The notes: a model not told the origin generated them from the letters alone. 64,000 nt of DNA from Candidatus Moraniibacteriota bacterium (GCA_028711705.1 JAQTRS010000003.1:27818-91817), one strand, 5' to 3'; shown: positions 49,143-59,943, counted from the stretch's first letter. Made by a program: numbers and translations.

Positions 49143-50327
49143 TTATTTGACCGGAAGCAATCCCATGCGGTGCGTTTTCGGTTCGATGGAAAGGATTTTC
49201 CACTTGTAGACTTCGCCTGTCTTGAAGATGTCCTCCATCTTCTTTCCGGTATAGACGTCTTGGAATTCGCTCACGTGAGCAAGTCCATGAATATCCTTAT
49301 CCAGGTAGACGAACGATCCGAAGTGATTGATCTTGTCCACTTTTCCGTCGACGATGTCACCGACATTGTACTTCTCTTTCACACGGCTCCATGGATCTTC
49401 TCGCAAGGTCTTCATAGAGAGGGAGATGCGGGTGTCCTCGATGCCGATTATCTGAGCTGAAACGATGTCGCCCATCTTGACGATCTCACGAGGATCATCG
49501 ATAAGCTGCCATGCCAACTCGGAAATGTGTACCAAACCTTCCAGTTTCTCGCCCTTCTTTCCGCTTGGCGAAGGGAATTTCACGAAAGCACCGAAGTCGA
49601 CGACGCCGCTGACCTCACCCTCGATCTTGTCTCCGATCTTGAGATTCGAGATCACCTCGCGTTCCTTCTCGCTTTGTGCGGCCTTTTCGCTACCGATCAG
49701 CTTCTCCGCCTCACGATCAGCATCCAGGATGCGTACGGTGAGCTCTTGACCGATCAATTTGCGCAAGAGTTCGAGAATCTTGTTCTTGTCGCCATCCTCA
49801 ACGCGCGGATAGTGCTCGCTTGAGAGCTGCGAAACCGGAAGAAATCCGACGATACCGTTGATTTCGATCATCAGTCCTCCCTTGTTCGCCTCGAGTACCT
49901 TCGTGGTGACGATATCCTTGTTATCACGCTTGGACTCGATATCATCCCATGATTTTTCGTAGGAAGCCTCACGGATAGAGAGCTCGATATACCCATCCTC
50001 GTTTTCAAGGTCGGTAAGGGTGGCTGTCACCACATCGCCTATTTTGAGCTTCGCGTTCGAACCAAGGCCATCTTTCATCTCCTTGCCCAAAACGACACCG
50101 GTTCCGAGCGGTCCTAAGTCCAATAATGCGGAATTCGAGGAGACGTCGATAACGGTTCCAGCGAGCACATCGCCCACTTTCGGAATCTCAAACGGGTGGG
50201 CGCTCATCAGGGCTTCCATCACGGATACCTCTGCTTCAGCGCTTTTTTGAGCCTTTACGGGGGTCGCCTTTGTGGAAACCTCGGCTTCCATCGTGTCGAC
50301 CAAATCCTTAAGAGTCTTTTTTGTCAT
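49143..50327 (-). CDS. rpsA: 30S ribosomal protein S1 (4 S1 domains)
   Basis: NKGGL...GFLPVSQL, DFGAFV...GLVHISEL, RISLSMK. Confidence 0.93.
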   Translation of the reverse strand: MTKKTLKDLVDTMEAEVSTKATPVKAQKSAEAEVSVMEALMSAHPFEIPKVGDVLAGTVIDVSSNSALLDLGPLGTGVVLGKEMKDGLGSNAKLKIGDVVTATLTDLENEDGYIELSIREASYEKSWDDIESKRDNKDIVTTKVLEANKGGLMIEINGIVGFLPVSQLSSEHYPRVEDGDKNKILELLRKLIGQELTVRILDADREAEKLIGSEKAAQSEKEREVISNLKIGDKIEGEVSGVVDFGAFVKFPSPSGKKGEKLEGLVHISELAWQLIDDPREIVKMGDIVSAQIIGIEDTRISLSMKTLREDPWSRVKEKYNVGDIVDGKVDKINHFGSFVYLDKDIHGLAHVSEFQDVYTGKKMEDIFKTGEVYKWKILSIEPKTHRMGLLPVK

Positions 50328-50593
50328 AAAAATGTCTGTTGATAGCCGCATCCGCTATCAGTTAAAATTATGATGCGTTACAAAACCTACTATTTCCTTT
50401 ATTTAGGTTTTCAAGCTATTTTAGCGTACTTCCTCTTATTTGGCAAGTAGCGCGTATTTTATGGGTATAGTCCGGCCATCCGCTTCTCGACAAGGAATGG
50501 CCGGCATAGTATACTGGTAAAGAAATCGAGTCTGCTTGGTCCGAGAGAGGATCCGGCGATATTTTACTTATACCTCATGTTTAGAAGACTATT

Positions 50594-51253
50594 ATGAATA
50601 TCCAATACTACGGAGATTATTGTTTCAAGATCGTAGCGAAGCCAGGAGGACGCGCGACAGAGGATATCGTTATCTGGACGGATCCTTGCGATAAATCGAC
50701 AGGGCTTCGCAGCCCGCAAGGACAGGCCGATATCATCTTCTTGTCCCATGATAATGGCGTGGACGTGGAAGCGGCCGGTTTGAAGGGCGAGAGAGCGACC
50801 TTGCGGAACCCGGGAGAATATGCGATCAAAGGAATCAATGCTTTCGGTATCGCATCCTATCAGGATATGCAAAGCGGAGCTGAGCGAGGGCAGAACACGG
50901 TGTTCGTATTTCAGGCAGAATCTTTGAATCTGTGTTTTTTGGGTGCCCTGGGTCATGAGTTGACGCCGGCTCAGATCGAAAAGATCGCCGCTGTTGATAT
51001 CTTGTTCATTCCGGTTGGCAATCATGACACATTGGCCATCAAGCAGCTTGATGATGTCATACGAAAGATCGAACCCTCTTTGGTGGTGCCTATGCACTAT
51101 AAGATGGACGGTTTACATCTTCCGATCGAGGATGAACAGACGTTCTGCGCGGAAATCGGCAATTGCCCGAGTGAAAAAATCGCCAAACTTACCGTCAAGA
51201 AGAAGGATTTGGAAGGAAAATCCATGGAGATCGTCATATTCGAGAAAGCATAG
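50594..51253 (+). CDS. Metallo-beta-lactamase fold protein
   Basis: IWTDP, PGEYAIKG, DILFIPVG, VVPMHY. Confidence 0.8.
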   Translation: MNIQYYGDYCFKIVAKPGGRATEDIVIWTDPCDKSTGLRSPQGQADIIFLSHDNGVDVEAAGLKGERATLRNPGEYAIKGINAFGIASYQDMQSGAERGQNTVFVFQAESLNLCFLGALGHELTPAQIEKIAAVDILFIPVGNHDTLAIKQLDDVIRKIEPSLVVPMHYKMDGLHLPIEDEQTFCAEIGNCPSEKIAKLTVKKKDLEGKSMEIVIFEKA

Positions 51254-51293
51254 CTAAGGAAGGGGGATCGTTTTGAAATTTGAACAAAAAAAT

Positions 51294-51554
51294 ATGGGCA
51301 TCCAAACCAAAATCGAAGAAATTCGTCGGCAACCGGAACGGGTACGAATGCGTTATGTGCTTACGAGCGTATTCGTTTCGATGCTGGTCATCAGCGTTCT
51401 TTGGATTTTCTCTATCACGACGTCGTTTCAGAGCCAGAAAGAAATCGTTCCTGCTCCGATGAATCAGGGTAGTCAGAATCAGGATATGCAGGCAGGCGCC
51501 ATCACTCAGCAACCGGATGTGGCCCCATCGCTTGATGAATGGATAAAAAAGTAA
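51294..51554 (+). CDS. Small single-TM hypothetical protein
   Basis: IEEIRRQPERVR followed by a TM helix. Confidence 0.65.
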   Translation: MGIQTKIEEIRRQPERVRMRYVLTSVFVSMLVISVLWIFSITTSFQSQKEIVPAPMNQGSQNQDMQAGAITQQPDVAPSLDEWIKK

Positions 51555-51572
51555 AGAATTTATTGTACCGCT

Positions 51573-54041
51573 ATGGCGAAAAAGAATCACATTTTCAAAG
51601 AATATAAAGATGGTGTCATCAATCCTCGTACCATTACGGATGAAGTCAAGCAATCCTACCTTGACTATGCCATGAGCGTTATCGTGTCACGTGCCTTGCC
51701 TGATGTCCGTGACGGTCTGAAACCGGTGCATAGGCGTATTCTGTACTCTATGTGGTCAACGGGATTGCGGTCGACGGCGAAGTTTAGGAAATCGGCGACG
51801 GTAGTCGGTGAAGTGCTTGGAAAATGGCACCCGCACGGCGATACCGCGGTGTATGATTCGATGGTGCGCATGGCGCAGGATTTTTCATTGCGTTACCCGC
51901 TTATTTGGGGACAGGGAAACTTCGGTTCCATGGATGGCGACAGTCCTGCAGCCTATCGTTATACGGAAGCCAAACTCAAGGCGATTGCCGAGGAGATGCT
52001 CATCGATCTTGAAAAGGATACGGTGGATTTCATTCCGAACTACGATGGCGTGCACCAAGAGCCGATGGTGCTTCCTGCCAAGTTGCCGCAGCTTCTTTTG
52101 AATGGTGTGATGGGTATCGCCGTGGGTATGGCGACCAATATCCCGCCGCATAATTTGTCCGAGCTTATCGATGCTATCAGTTGCTTGATTGACAATCCTG
52201 ATGCGACGATCGACGATTTGCTTCAGTTCATAAAAGGACCAGACTTTCCGACGGGAGGCACGATCTATAATGCTGCTGATATCCGCAATGCCTATGTTAC
52301 GGGAAGGGGTCGTGTCGTGACCCGCGCCAAGGCTGAAATCGAGGAAACGAAGTCGGGGATGTTCCAGATTGTCGTGACCGAGATGACCTATGCCACCAAT
52401 AAAGCAACCATGATCGAGAAGATGGCGGATCTGGTCAAGGAAGCGAAGATTTTAGGTATCCGCGATCTGCGCGATGAGTCCGACAAGGACGGCGTCCGCA
52501 TCATTATCGAGCTTAAGAAAGAGGCTTATCCGCAAAAGGTGCTCAATCAACTCTATTCACATACGGATCTTCAGAAGAACTTCAATTTCAATATGCTCGC
52601 TCTGGTTGATGGTATCGATCCGCAGATTCTCAATCTGAAGTCTATCCTTGAACACTATATCAAGCATCGGGAAACGGTCGTGGTGAGACGAACGCAGTTC
52701 GAGCTCCAGAAAGCGAAGGATCGCGCCCATATTTTGGAAGGGCTTAAAACAGCGCTCGATCATATCGATGAGGTGATCGCAGTTATCAAAAAGTCCCCGA
52801 CACGTGAAGTCGCCCACAGCAGCCTGATGCGAAAATTCAAGCTTTCCGAGAGGCAGGCGACCGCCATCTTGGAAATGCGCTTGCAGACATTGGCCGGATT
52901 GGAGCGCAAGAAGATCGAGGATGAATTAGTGGAGAAATTGCAGTTTATCGCCAAACTTGAGGATATCCTCGCTCATCGCGAAAAGATATTCGGCATTATC
53001 AAGGATGAGTTGGCGGAGCTTAAGGAAAAATACGGTGATGCCCGTAAAACGAAAGTCGTGCGCGCCGGTATCGGTGAATTCAGCCAAGAAGACCTTATCC
53101 CTGATGAGGAGGCTATCATCACGTTAAGCGAGGATGGCTATATCAAGCGTATGAATCCGGATGTGTATCGCGTCCAAAAGCGCGGCGGCAAGGGCGTGAT
53201 CGGCGCCACCACCAAAGAGGGCGATTCTATCGCGCAGGTGACTAGCATTATGACGCACGATGACCTGATGTTCTTTACGAATACCGGAAAAGTCTTTCGC
53301 ACTAAGGCCTATGAGATTCCGGAGTCATCTCGAACTTCCAAGGGTCAGGCCGTTGTCAATTTCCTCCAGCTGGCCCAGGGAGAGAAGATCACTGTGATGA
53401 TTGCCCTCAATGCCAAAGAGGACGGCTATAAGTATCTTTTTATGACCACTAGCAACGGAACGGTCAAAAAGACCAAGATCGAAGACTTCGCCAATGTGCG
53501 TCGCAGCGGCTTGATCGCCATCACGCTCGAGAAGGGTGATGCGCTCGGATGGGTCAGGCCGACGACCGGTACGGATCAGGTGATCATCACCACCTCGGAT
53601 GGGCAGGCCATCCGCTTCAAGGAAACTGATGCCCGCTCTATGGGCCGCAATGCTGCCGGCGTGCACGGTATCAAACTGAAGGACAAGGACGTGGTGGTGG
53701 GTATGGATGTCATGCCGCAGGATCAGAAGAGCTCGCAATTACTTATCCTCACCGCGAACGGTTATGGCAAGCGCAGCGAAATCAAGCACTATAAGATCCA
53801 GAAGCGCGGCGGGTCCGGTATCCGCACTGTCAAAGTGACACCTAAGACCGGTAATCTGATCGGCGCTCGCGTGATGCGTAAGGGTGAAGAGGAAGAAGCA
53901 GATATCATGTCGACTTCCGAAAAGGGCACCATCATCCGCGTGCCGCTTAAGAGCGTACCATTGCTCAGCAGAGTTACTCAGGGTGTACGTGTGATGCGTC
54001 CACAAACAGGCGATAAAGTGGGTTCATTCACATTCGTATAG
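51573..54041 (+). CDS. gyrA: DNA gyrase subunit A
   Basis: [21 protein letters not shown], GyrA-box QKRGGKG. Confidence 0.98.
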   Translation: MAKKNHIFKEYKDGVINPRTITDEVKQSYLDYAMSVIVSRALPDVRDGLKPVHRRILYSMWSTGLRSTAKFRKSATVVGEVLGKWHPHGDTAVYDSMVRMAQDFSLRYPLIWGQGNFGSMDGDSPAAYRYTEAKLKAIAEEMLIDLEKDTVDFIPNYDGVHQEPMVLPAKLPQLLLNGVMGIAVGMATNIPPHNLSELIDAISCLIDNPDATIDDLLQFIKGPDFPTGGTIYNAADIRNAYVTGRGRVVTRAKAEIEETKSGMFQIVVTEMTYATNKATMIEKMADLVKEAKILGIRDLRDESDKDGVRIIIELKKEAYPQKVLNQLYSHTDLQKNFNFNMLALVDGIDPQILNLKSILEHYIKHRETVVVRRTQFELQKAKDRAHILEGLKTALDHIDEVIAVIKKSPTREVAHSSLMRKFKLSERQATAILEMRLQTLAGLERKKIEDELVEKLQFIAKLEDILAHREKIFGIIKDELAELKEKYGDARKTKVVRAGIGEFSQEDLIPDEEAIITLSEDGYIKRMNPDVYRVQKRGGKGVIGATTKEGDSIAQVTSIMTHDDLMFFTNTGKVFRTKAYEIPESSRTSKGQAVVNFLQLAQGEKITVMIALNAKEDGYKYLFMTTSNGTVKKTKIEDFANVRRSGLIAITLEKGDALGWVRPTTGTDQVIITTSDGQAIRFKETDARSMGRNAAGVHGIKLKDKDVVVGMDVMPQDQKSSQLLILTANGYGKRSEIKHYKIQKRGGSGIRTVKVTPKTGNLIGARVMRKGEEEEADIMSTSEKGTIIRVPLKSVPLLSRVTQGVRVMRPQTGDKVGSFTFV

Positions 54042-54064
54042 GATTTGTGAGTAAGACGTAGCTG

Positions 54065-54099
54065 GAAAATCCCTCGACATTCCTGTGGAGGGATTTTTC
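54065..54099 (+). terminator. Terminator after gyrA
   Basis: AAAATCCCTC...GAGGGATTTTT. Confidence 0.7.
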
Positions 54100-54188
54100 A
54101 TTAAAGGGGCCGTCTCAATACGCTGTATATGCTGTAGTTGCTCGGATCTATTTTCGATGGTATAGTGAAATATCGTTTTATATACGAT

Positions 54189-54260
54189 GCCTTTGTAGTT
54201 CAATGGATAGAACGGGCCCGTCCTAAGGGTTAGATGTAGGTTCGATTCCTACCAAGGGCA
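54189..54260 (+). tRNA. tRNA-Arg(CCT)
   Basis: GCCTTTG...GGCCC-GTCCTAA-GGGTT...GTAGG-TTCGATT-CCTAC-CAAGGGCA. Confidence 0.93.
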
Positions 54261-54384
54261 CAAAAAGTTTCATTTTGGCGCATTTCGTCGTTCCAATCTC
54301 CGGTGCGCGACGCCGTATTTCTTTATACGTCTTACTTGCGCTCCTCGATTGCGCCTAGGACTGCACCAAAATGAAACTTTTTGT
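54260..54384 (-). repeat. Dispersed structured element, copy B
   Basis: 19-bp terminal IR ACAAAAAGTTTCATTTTGG/CCAAAATGAAACTTTTTGT; core homologous to 4428-4543. Confidence 0.85.
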
Positions 54385-54406
54385 AAGTTGATATAAGAGA
54401 AAAAGT

Positions 54407-54742
54407 ATGGCAGGGTTACGATTGGAAAAAATTAATGAGTTGTTGCAGCACAAGATAAGCGCGCTTCTGACGAAAGGGGTGAGTTTCAAATTGGGCGTCT
54501 TCGTCACAGTAGCCCGAGTGAGTACATCCCCGGATCTTCGCCGAAGCAAAGTTTTGGTAAGTGTTTTTCCTGCCAGCGAAGGACAGTATGTTTTAAAAAC
54601 GCTTAAAAAAGAAGTGTACGCATTTCAGGGAGCATTGAACAATCAATTGCATATGAATCCATTGCCTCGTATCCATTTTGAACTCGATACAACTGAGGAG
54701 GAAGCTCAGAAAGTGGAAGATATCCTTCGCGACCTTCGCTAG
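54407..54742 (+). CDS. rbfA: Ribosome-binding factor A
   Basis: VTVARVSTSPDLRRSKVLVS, PRIHFELD. Confidence 0.9.
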   Translation: MAGLRLEKINELLQHKISALLTKGVSFKLGVFVTVARVSTSPDLRRSKVLVSVFPASEGQYVLKTLKKEVYAFQGALNNQLHMNPLPRIHFELDTTEEEAQKVEDILRDLR

Positions 54743-54753
54743 AACATACCGTT

Positions 54754-55719
54754 ATGAAAAATAGATTCATCGCAGAATTTCGGAATTTGAAATATATCGT
54801 CGAAAATGCGGATAGCGTCCTTTTAGTGGCGCATACACGTCCTGATCCCGATACCATCGGTGCCAATGTTGCCTTGAAGGAGTACCTGATGGATCTTGGC
54901 AAGAGGGCGGACATCGTCTGTTTCGATCCCTTCCCAGATTATCTGAGGAGTCTTTTCGTGCATGAGTTCCACGCTCCTGACCAGGTGGATTGGGGGTCTT
55001 ATCAGGCGATCATTGCTTCCGATAGTGTTAATAGGGGGTTTGACAGGATGATGAAGCAGTATGTGACCGATAAGCACGCAACCGTCTTGATCGATCATCA
55101 CCCGGATATCGATACGATGGGGGATGTGGTGATGATCGATGCCTCGTATTCGTCCACGTGCGAGATTCTATTCAATTATTTCGAATCATCCCATATTCCG
55201 ATCACATCTCGTATGGCCACAGCACTTTTGACAGGTATCTCGGGCGACACTGGGAGCTTCCAGCACTCCTGCACCACGCCGCGCGTGATGGAGATCGCCT
55301 CTATCCTTATGAAGCGAGGAGCGCCGCTTTCGAAAATATCGGACAGCGTCTTTACCAATAAGAAAATATCGACTCTCAAGTTGTGGGGGCGGGCCTTTGC
55401 GAAGGCGAAGATCAATCAAAGAAACGGCATGATCGTTTCCGCTTTGACGCAGCAGGATATCGCCGAATGTGAAGCCTCCACTAATGATGTCAATCAGGTG
55501 GCAACGATTCTCAATACCGTGCCGGGGACGAAATTCTCGCTCGTATTCTTTCAGTTGAACGATACAACGGTCAAGGGAAGCCTGCGTTCCGAAGAGGGCA
55601 AGGGTGTGGATGTCTCATCGATCGCACATCAGTTTGGAGGGGCTGGACACCGTCTTGCTAGCGGATTTGAGATGGCTGGAAGAATCCAGGAGACGCAAGA
55701 AGGGTGGATGGTGGTGTAA
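54754..55719 (+). CDS. nrnA: DHH/DHHA1 oligoribonuclease / PAP phosphatase
   Basis: HTRPDPD, IDHH, DTGSF, GSLRS, GGAGH; follows rbfA. Confidence 0.88.
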   Translation: MKNRFIAEFRNLKYIVENADSVLLVAHTRPDPDTIGANVALKEYLMDLGKRADIVCFDPFPDYLRSLFVHEFHAPDQVDWGSYQAIIASDSVNRGFDRMMKQYVTDKHATVLIDHHPDIDTMGDVVMIDASYSSTCEILFNYFESSHIPITSRMATALLTGISGDTGSFQHSCTTPRVMEIASILMKRGAPLSKISDSVFTNKKISTLKLWGRAFAKAKINQRNGMIVSALTQQDIAECEASTNDVNQVATILNTVPGTKFSLVFFQLNDTTVKGSLRSEEGKGVDVSSIAHQFGGAGHRLASGFEMAGRIQETQEGWMVV

Positions 55720-55763
55720 ATATAATCAGCAAGGAACAATGAACAAAAAAAATCGAATCAAAT

Positions 55764-56342
55764 ATGACTATAAAACAAAAACACTTGCATGAATTGAATC
55801 AAAAAATGGCGGAAGAATGCCAGTGTGCGTTGAAATCGACAGCGATCAATGTCGTTCCTGGAGAAGGGAATGCGGATGCCGATATTTTGTTTATCGGTGA
55901 AGCTCCGGGAAAAAAAGAGGACGAACAGGGTAAACCATTCATCGGGGCTGCCGGAAAGTTTCTGAATGAAATGCTTGCCTCGATCGGTCTGAAGCGTGAG
56001 GATATCTATATCACCAATGTGGTGAAGTATCGACCGCCAGGGAATCGCGACCCATTGCCGGATGAGGTGGCGGATTGCCTTCCATGGCTTGAGGCACAAA
56101 TACAACTGATCAAACCGAAGTTGATCGTGCCGTTGGGGCGGCATGCCATGGAGCGGTTCTTGAAGGGAAAAAAGATTTCCGAGGTGCATGGACAATTGTT
56201 TGAGATCAAGATGCCTCATATCGGAAAAAGGAACTTCTATACCCTCTATCATCCTGCGGCAGCATTGTATAACGGATCGATGCGCAAGGTGCTACTCGAA
56301 GATTTCAGTAGGATACCGAAACTCTTGAAAAAAATACAATAG
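55764..56342 (+). CDS. Uracil-DNA glycosylase family 4
   Basis: FIGEAPG, PFIGAAG, TNVVKYRPPGNRDP, YHPAA. Confidence 0.93.
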   Translation: MTIKQKHLHELNQKMAEECQCALKSTAINVVPGEGNADADILFIGEAPGKKEDEQGKPFIGAAGKFLNEMLASIGLKREDIYITNVVKYRPPGNRDPLPDEVADCLPWLEAQIQLIKPKLIVPLGRHAMERFLKGKKISEVHGQLFEIKMPHIGKRNFYTLYHPAAALYNGSMRKVLLEDFSRIPKLLKKIQ

Positions 56343-56352
56343 CCCTTGGGAG

Positions 56353-57627
56353 CTATTGTATTTTTACGTTCGTTTCGATCTGCCGTTTGGATTCCGCAAG
56401 AAAAGTCTCTATGAATTCCATGCATTCGCTATCGGTTTCTTTCGGTGGCAGCGCGGGAAGATTGTTATGGGCGGATGCTTTGACGTTTGGGTATTGATTA
56501 CTGATCCATAGATAGACCAGTGCTTTATTGAGGCGTCCGATGGAGGCTTCGCGTATGAGTTCGACGAATATCTCAAATTCGTTGAAGCTCTTTTTGTAGA
56601 CCCGATCGCTCCTTAAGGCATCGGTTTTATCGGCGATGGAGATGAGGTGCATCATGGCATATTCATCGATTTCTGTGCTTATTTGAAGGGCAGCGATACT
56701 TATCTTGTGTTTCGAATCCTCACCTTTGTAATTATGATGGTGTCCGGCAAGTTCCGCAACGATGGCATCATCGCCTAATATGCTCGCACTCGCTTCCTCA
56801 TGCAATTCCAGGATGCTTTTCAGGGTTTGTTTTCGGGAGTAGCCATTTTGGTCGATGATTTCCAGGAGTTTCGGGTAGCGTTCCTGCGGAAAGGCCTCTT
56901 CTATCGGCACGAGATCGACCGAACGGTAGCCTTCGGCAAATATCGTCTTGAGAATTGTTTCATCACTTACGGTTTCACCATGAAGCAAACCGAGTGTGGT
57001 GCAGATATCTTTGCAGGCGCCGTTATGAAACATCCGAAGGATGATGCGGTCCATCTCGGGATCGGTGAAGTCGTTATTCAGGATTTCCCTGGGAATAGTG
57101 ACCTTGCCGATGTCATGAAAAAGAGCGGCCCGCAGGAATTGCCGGAGCGACACGCCTTCGCTTCGGATAAAAACCTCCAAGCGGATGGCTTCATCATTCG
57201 GACCAGAGAGTGTTTTGGTCATCATGTCGTGAGCGATGTCGAATGTGCGGATGCTGTGTTCAAGGGTCGGCGTATCATACAGATCGAGGATGGCCAACAT
57301 CTCCCAATCTTTCTGTTCGAGAACGAAGTTTTTTTCGCTGAAGTGTTGAGAATATTCTTCTTGGACGGTCTTTGTATGTTTCTCTAAGATCTGTTTTTCA
57401 GTGAGTTCGGCGTGTATGGACTCATAGTCACATTTCCCAGCGATTTCCTGGGCATGGGCGATATCGTAGGGAGCTCTTTGATCGATTAATTCATCGGGGT
57501 GTCGGTAGGTTTCTAGACGCATAGGTTTTTTGTTTTCAATAGGCTGTGTTGCAAAAGGGACTCGCCTTGCGGGCCCGGGTTTGCCTATTTCATAAACAAA
57601 CCCTTCTCGTCCCTTTTCAGAAGCCAA
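56353..57627 (-). CDS. HD-domain phosphohydrolase (HD-GYP-like); start uncertain
   Basis: TLEHSIR, ALFHDIGKVTIPREILN, HHH, IADKTDALRSDRVYK. Confidence 0.8.
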   Translation of the reverse strand: MASEKGREGFVYEIGKPGPARRVPFATQPIENKKPMRLETYRHPDELIDQRAPYDIAHAQEIAGKCDYESIHAELTEKQILEKHTKTVQEEYSQHFSEKNFVLEQKDWEMLAILDLYDTPTLEHSIRTFDIAHDMMTKTLSGPNDEAIRLEVFIRSEGVSLRQFLRAALFHDIGKVTIPREILNNDFTDPEMDRIILRMFHNGACKDICTTLGLLHGETVSDETILKTIFAEGYRSVDLVPIEEAFPQERYPKLLEIIDQNGYSRKQTLKSILELHEEASASILGDDAIVAELAGHHHNYKGEDSKHKISIAALQISTEIDEYAMMHLISIADKTDALRSDRVYKKSFNEFEIFVELIREASIGRLNKALVYLWISNQYPNVKASAHNNLPALPPKETDSECMEFIETFLAESKRQIETNVKIQ

Positions 57628-57697
57628 GACTTTGGCTTCTTGCTGCCTTAATCACGGATAATCTCAAATAGGAATCTATTTTTTTCGGTGTCTTCTG

Positions 57698-57781
57698 TGC
57701 TGCGGAAGGGACTCGAACCCTTAAGCCTTTTCAGGCAGCAGATTTTAAGTCTGCCGTGTATACCAATTCCACCACTGCAGC
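57698..57781 (-). tRNA. tRNA-Leu(TAA)
   Basis: GCTGCAG...GCAGA-CTTAAAA-TCTGC, long variable arm, TTCGAGT. Confidence 0.95.
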
Positions 57782-57791
57782 AATTTATGTG

Positions 57792-57862
57792 AGGTCCGAA
57801 GCGGAATTGAACCGCTGTAGAGGGTTTTGCAGACCCTTGCCTCACCACTCGGCCATCGGACC
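57792..57862 (-). tRNA. tRNA-Cys(GCA)
   Basis: GGTCCGA...AGGGT-CTGCAAA-ACCCT...TTCAATT...TCGGACCT. Confidence 0.95.
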
Positions 57863-57971
57863 ATTGGTTGAAGTCTACCAAAATTATGGCCAGCGGTCAA
57901 TGTAAAAAAGAGGGATATGGATATATCCAAAGCAAAAACCACTCCCGAAAGAGTGGTGTAATGCAAGAAGT

Positions 57972-58553
57972 TTACTGCACGACCTGTGCCAATAAATGGC
58001 GGCGGCCGAACGCGAAAGCCTCTGTTTTGGTTTCTGTGTAAATGTCGAAGTGGTTTCCTTTGATGGCACCACCACGGTCTTCACACGTAAAGACACCGTA
58101 TCCTTCGATGCTGATTTTCGTGCCGAATGGATACATTTGTGGGCAAGCCAAAGTTCTTTTTTCTTGTACTTTGACGCCAGAAGCGGTTATGCCGTCGCTT
58201 TTACCGCATTCATCGGCAGCTGCCGTATAGGCAGAAGCGTTGATGGTAAAAGGTTCTGTCGGGAGATTATTCCACAAGTGCTGCTGTTTGACTTTCCATT
58301 TTTCAAGGGTCTGTTCGTATTTGATATCCGCCTCGGTTTTTTCAGGAGCCGCCATCTTCTCAGAATTTATCATTCCCGAGAGGCTATAGAGGCCGTATCG
58401 TATCAAGAAGGGGTCGTTTTGTATCGTGTACGTATTGATCTCATTTGATATTTTTGTATTGATGTTAGTATTCATGATGTCTGCAGATGCCTTAGGCGTC
58501 GATATGACAGCGAAAAGCGCGAGCGTGGCAACAATCGTACTAATAATACGCAT
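57972..58553 (-). CDS. Secreted 3D-domain (MltA-like) cell-wall protein
   Basis: Signal peptide; ASAYT, GITASG, PFGTKI, EDRGGAIKGNHFDIY. Confidence 0.9.
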   Translation of the reverse strand: MRIISTIVATLALFAVISTPKASADIMNTNINTKISNEINTYTIQNDPFLIRYGLYSLSGMINSEKMAAPEKTEADIKYEQTLEKWKVKQQHLWNNLPTEPFTINASAYTAAADECGKSDGITASGVKVQEKRTLACPQMYPFGTKISIEGYGVFTCEDRGGAIKGNHFDIYTETKTEAFAFGRRHLLAQVVQ

Positions 58554-58653
58554 AGAGTGCTGTCAATGTTTATCCAGATGCTATAGAGGAGTCGACGCAG
58601 TGCCGATCCTGTTGTATAAGAGCTGGGCCAGACCTCTTGGAGGTTGACTGACT

Positions 58654-58682
58654 ACTATAGCATATGATAAGAAAAAAGTCAA
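58654..58682 (-). promoter_or_regulatory. Sigma70-type promoter for the 3D-domain gene
   Basis: Minus strand TTGACT-17 bp-TATAGT. Confidence 0.72.
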
Positions 58683-58740
58683 GCAAAAATGCTTGGCTCA
58701 GTCTCTTTTTATGGCTTACATTAAGCAAATATACGATATT

Positions 58741-59943
58741 TTACTGATCGTTGGAAAGCACCGTATTAAGAGCATCCTCATCTTGGCAGGTGTATTTATT
58801 ATCCGGTGAATAAAAACGTTTTTTCGGGCCATAGCAGCTTCCGTTTTCCGCTGGTAGCGGGGCGAGGAAGGGGAGGAAAAAGCCGATGTCTCGGGAGGTG
58901 AAGTATTTGTGGAGCTTTTTCATGGCCTTGGCCCGATCATTTTGGGACATGCGGGCGAAGGTGCTCATATCATCGCCGGATCGGCCGCTCCAGTCGAGGT
59001 GGATGAAGACATTATTGGCCTTTGACGCGAATTTGTTGTGCCAAAGGAGCGCCCAACACCAATCCCCCTCCTTTTTCCACCAGCGGGAAAAGCAGGGGCC
59101 GTCCTCGATGCTGCCGTCGGCATGGAGCCCGACGCCGCCCTCGATATAATCGAACATACGAAGGTAACTTTCATCTTCGATATCGTTGGTCTGGGCGCCG
59201 ATAACGATTTGCATACCCTTGGACTGCGCATACCCGCGCATGGAGCTCATGACCGCATTGAGGAGCGATCTATCAGGGTCATTGGCGTCCTGGAGGAAGA
59301 CCTGGCCGAACATGAAGCTCTGGATACCCATGTCCATGGCCTGTTTGGTGATGTATTGCACATAGAGCATATACTCGCGCTTTTCAAAAGACGGCTGGCA
59401 GGTGTGTTCGCCCCATTTGTTCTTGCTGCCATCCCGGCACATTTTCGCGAATTCGAAATCCCTTTGTTCAGGCGGATAAAAATAATCCGCCTTGGTGTCG
59501 ATGGCTTCCGCGATAAACATGCCATAGACGATGTCGGGTTTGGTGACGCGCGCTTTTATTTTTTGCGCCAGTTCGAAATCAGGCGGCCGAAGCCAGGTTT
59601 CAAGCGATCGGTGCAGGTAGTAGCAGTTCGAGCGGCTGATGAGCTTCGCGGTGCTGCCGGCATTTTCCCCATAATCGGAAAGGAAGCCATCGGCGATGCA
59701 GCCCTGGCGCTTCATCCGTTCCATGGAAGGCGGGGTGGGCGGGGTTTCTTTCGGAGTGACGGTTTCGATCGGACCGAAACCGTTGTCCGTAAGACCTTGC
59801 CCCGGATGTTCAGGGAGGGGGATGTCGGGGATGCGCGGATGTTCGGTGGATTTCAAAACGATAAATACACCCATGAGGAGTATCATGAGTGTTAAGCTAA
59901 GAGCTATCGTATGTGATCGGATAAATATCAGCAGTGGATGCAT
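58741..59943 (-). CDS. Membrane-anchored Cys-rich hypothetical protein
   Basis: N-terminal TM helix, Pro-rich linker, globular domain with several Cys. Confidence 0.72.
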   Translation of the reverse strand: MHPLLIFIRSHTIALSLTLMILLMGVFIVLKSTEHPRIPDIPLPEHPGQGLTDNGFGPIETVTPKETPPTPPSMERMKRQGCIADGFLSDYGENAGSTAKLISRSNCYYLHRSLETWLRPPDFELAQKIKARVTKPDIVYGMFIAEAIDTKADYFYPPEQRDFEFAKMCRDGSKNKWGEHTCQPSFEKREYMLYVQYITKQAMDMGIQSFMFGQVFLQDANDPDRSLLNAVMSSMRGYAQSKGMQIVIGAQTNDIEDESYLRMFDYIEGGVGLHADGSIEDGPCFSRWWKKEGDWCWALLWHNKFASKANNVFIHLDWSGRSGDDMSTFARMSQNDRAKAMKKLHKYFTSRDIGFFLPFLAPLPAENGSCYGPKKRFYSPDNKYTCQDEDALNTVLSNDQ

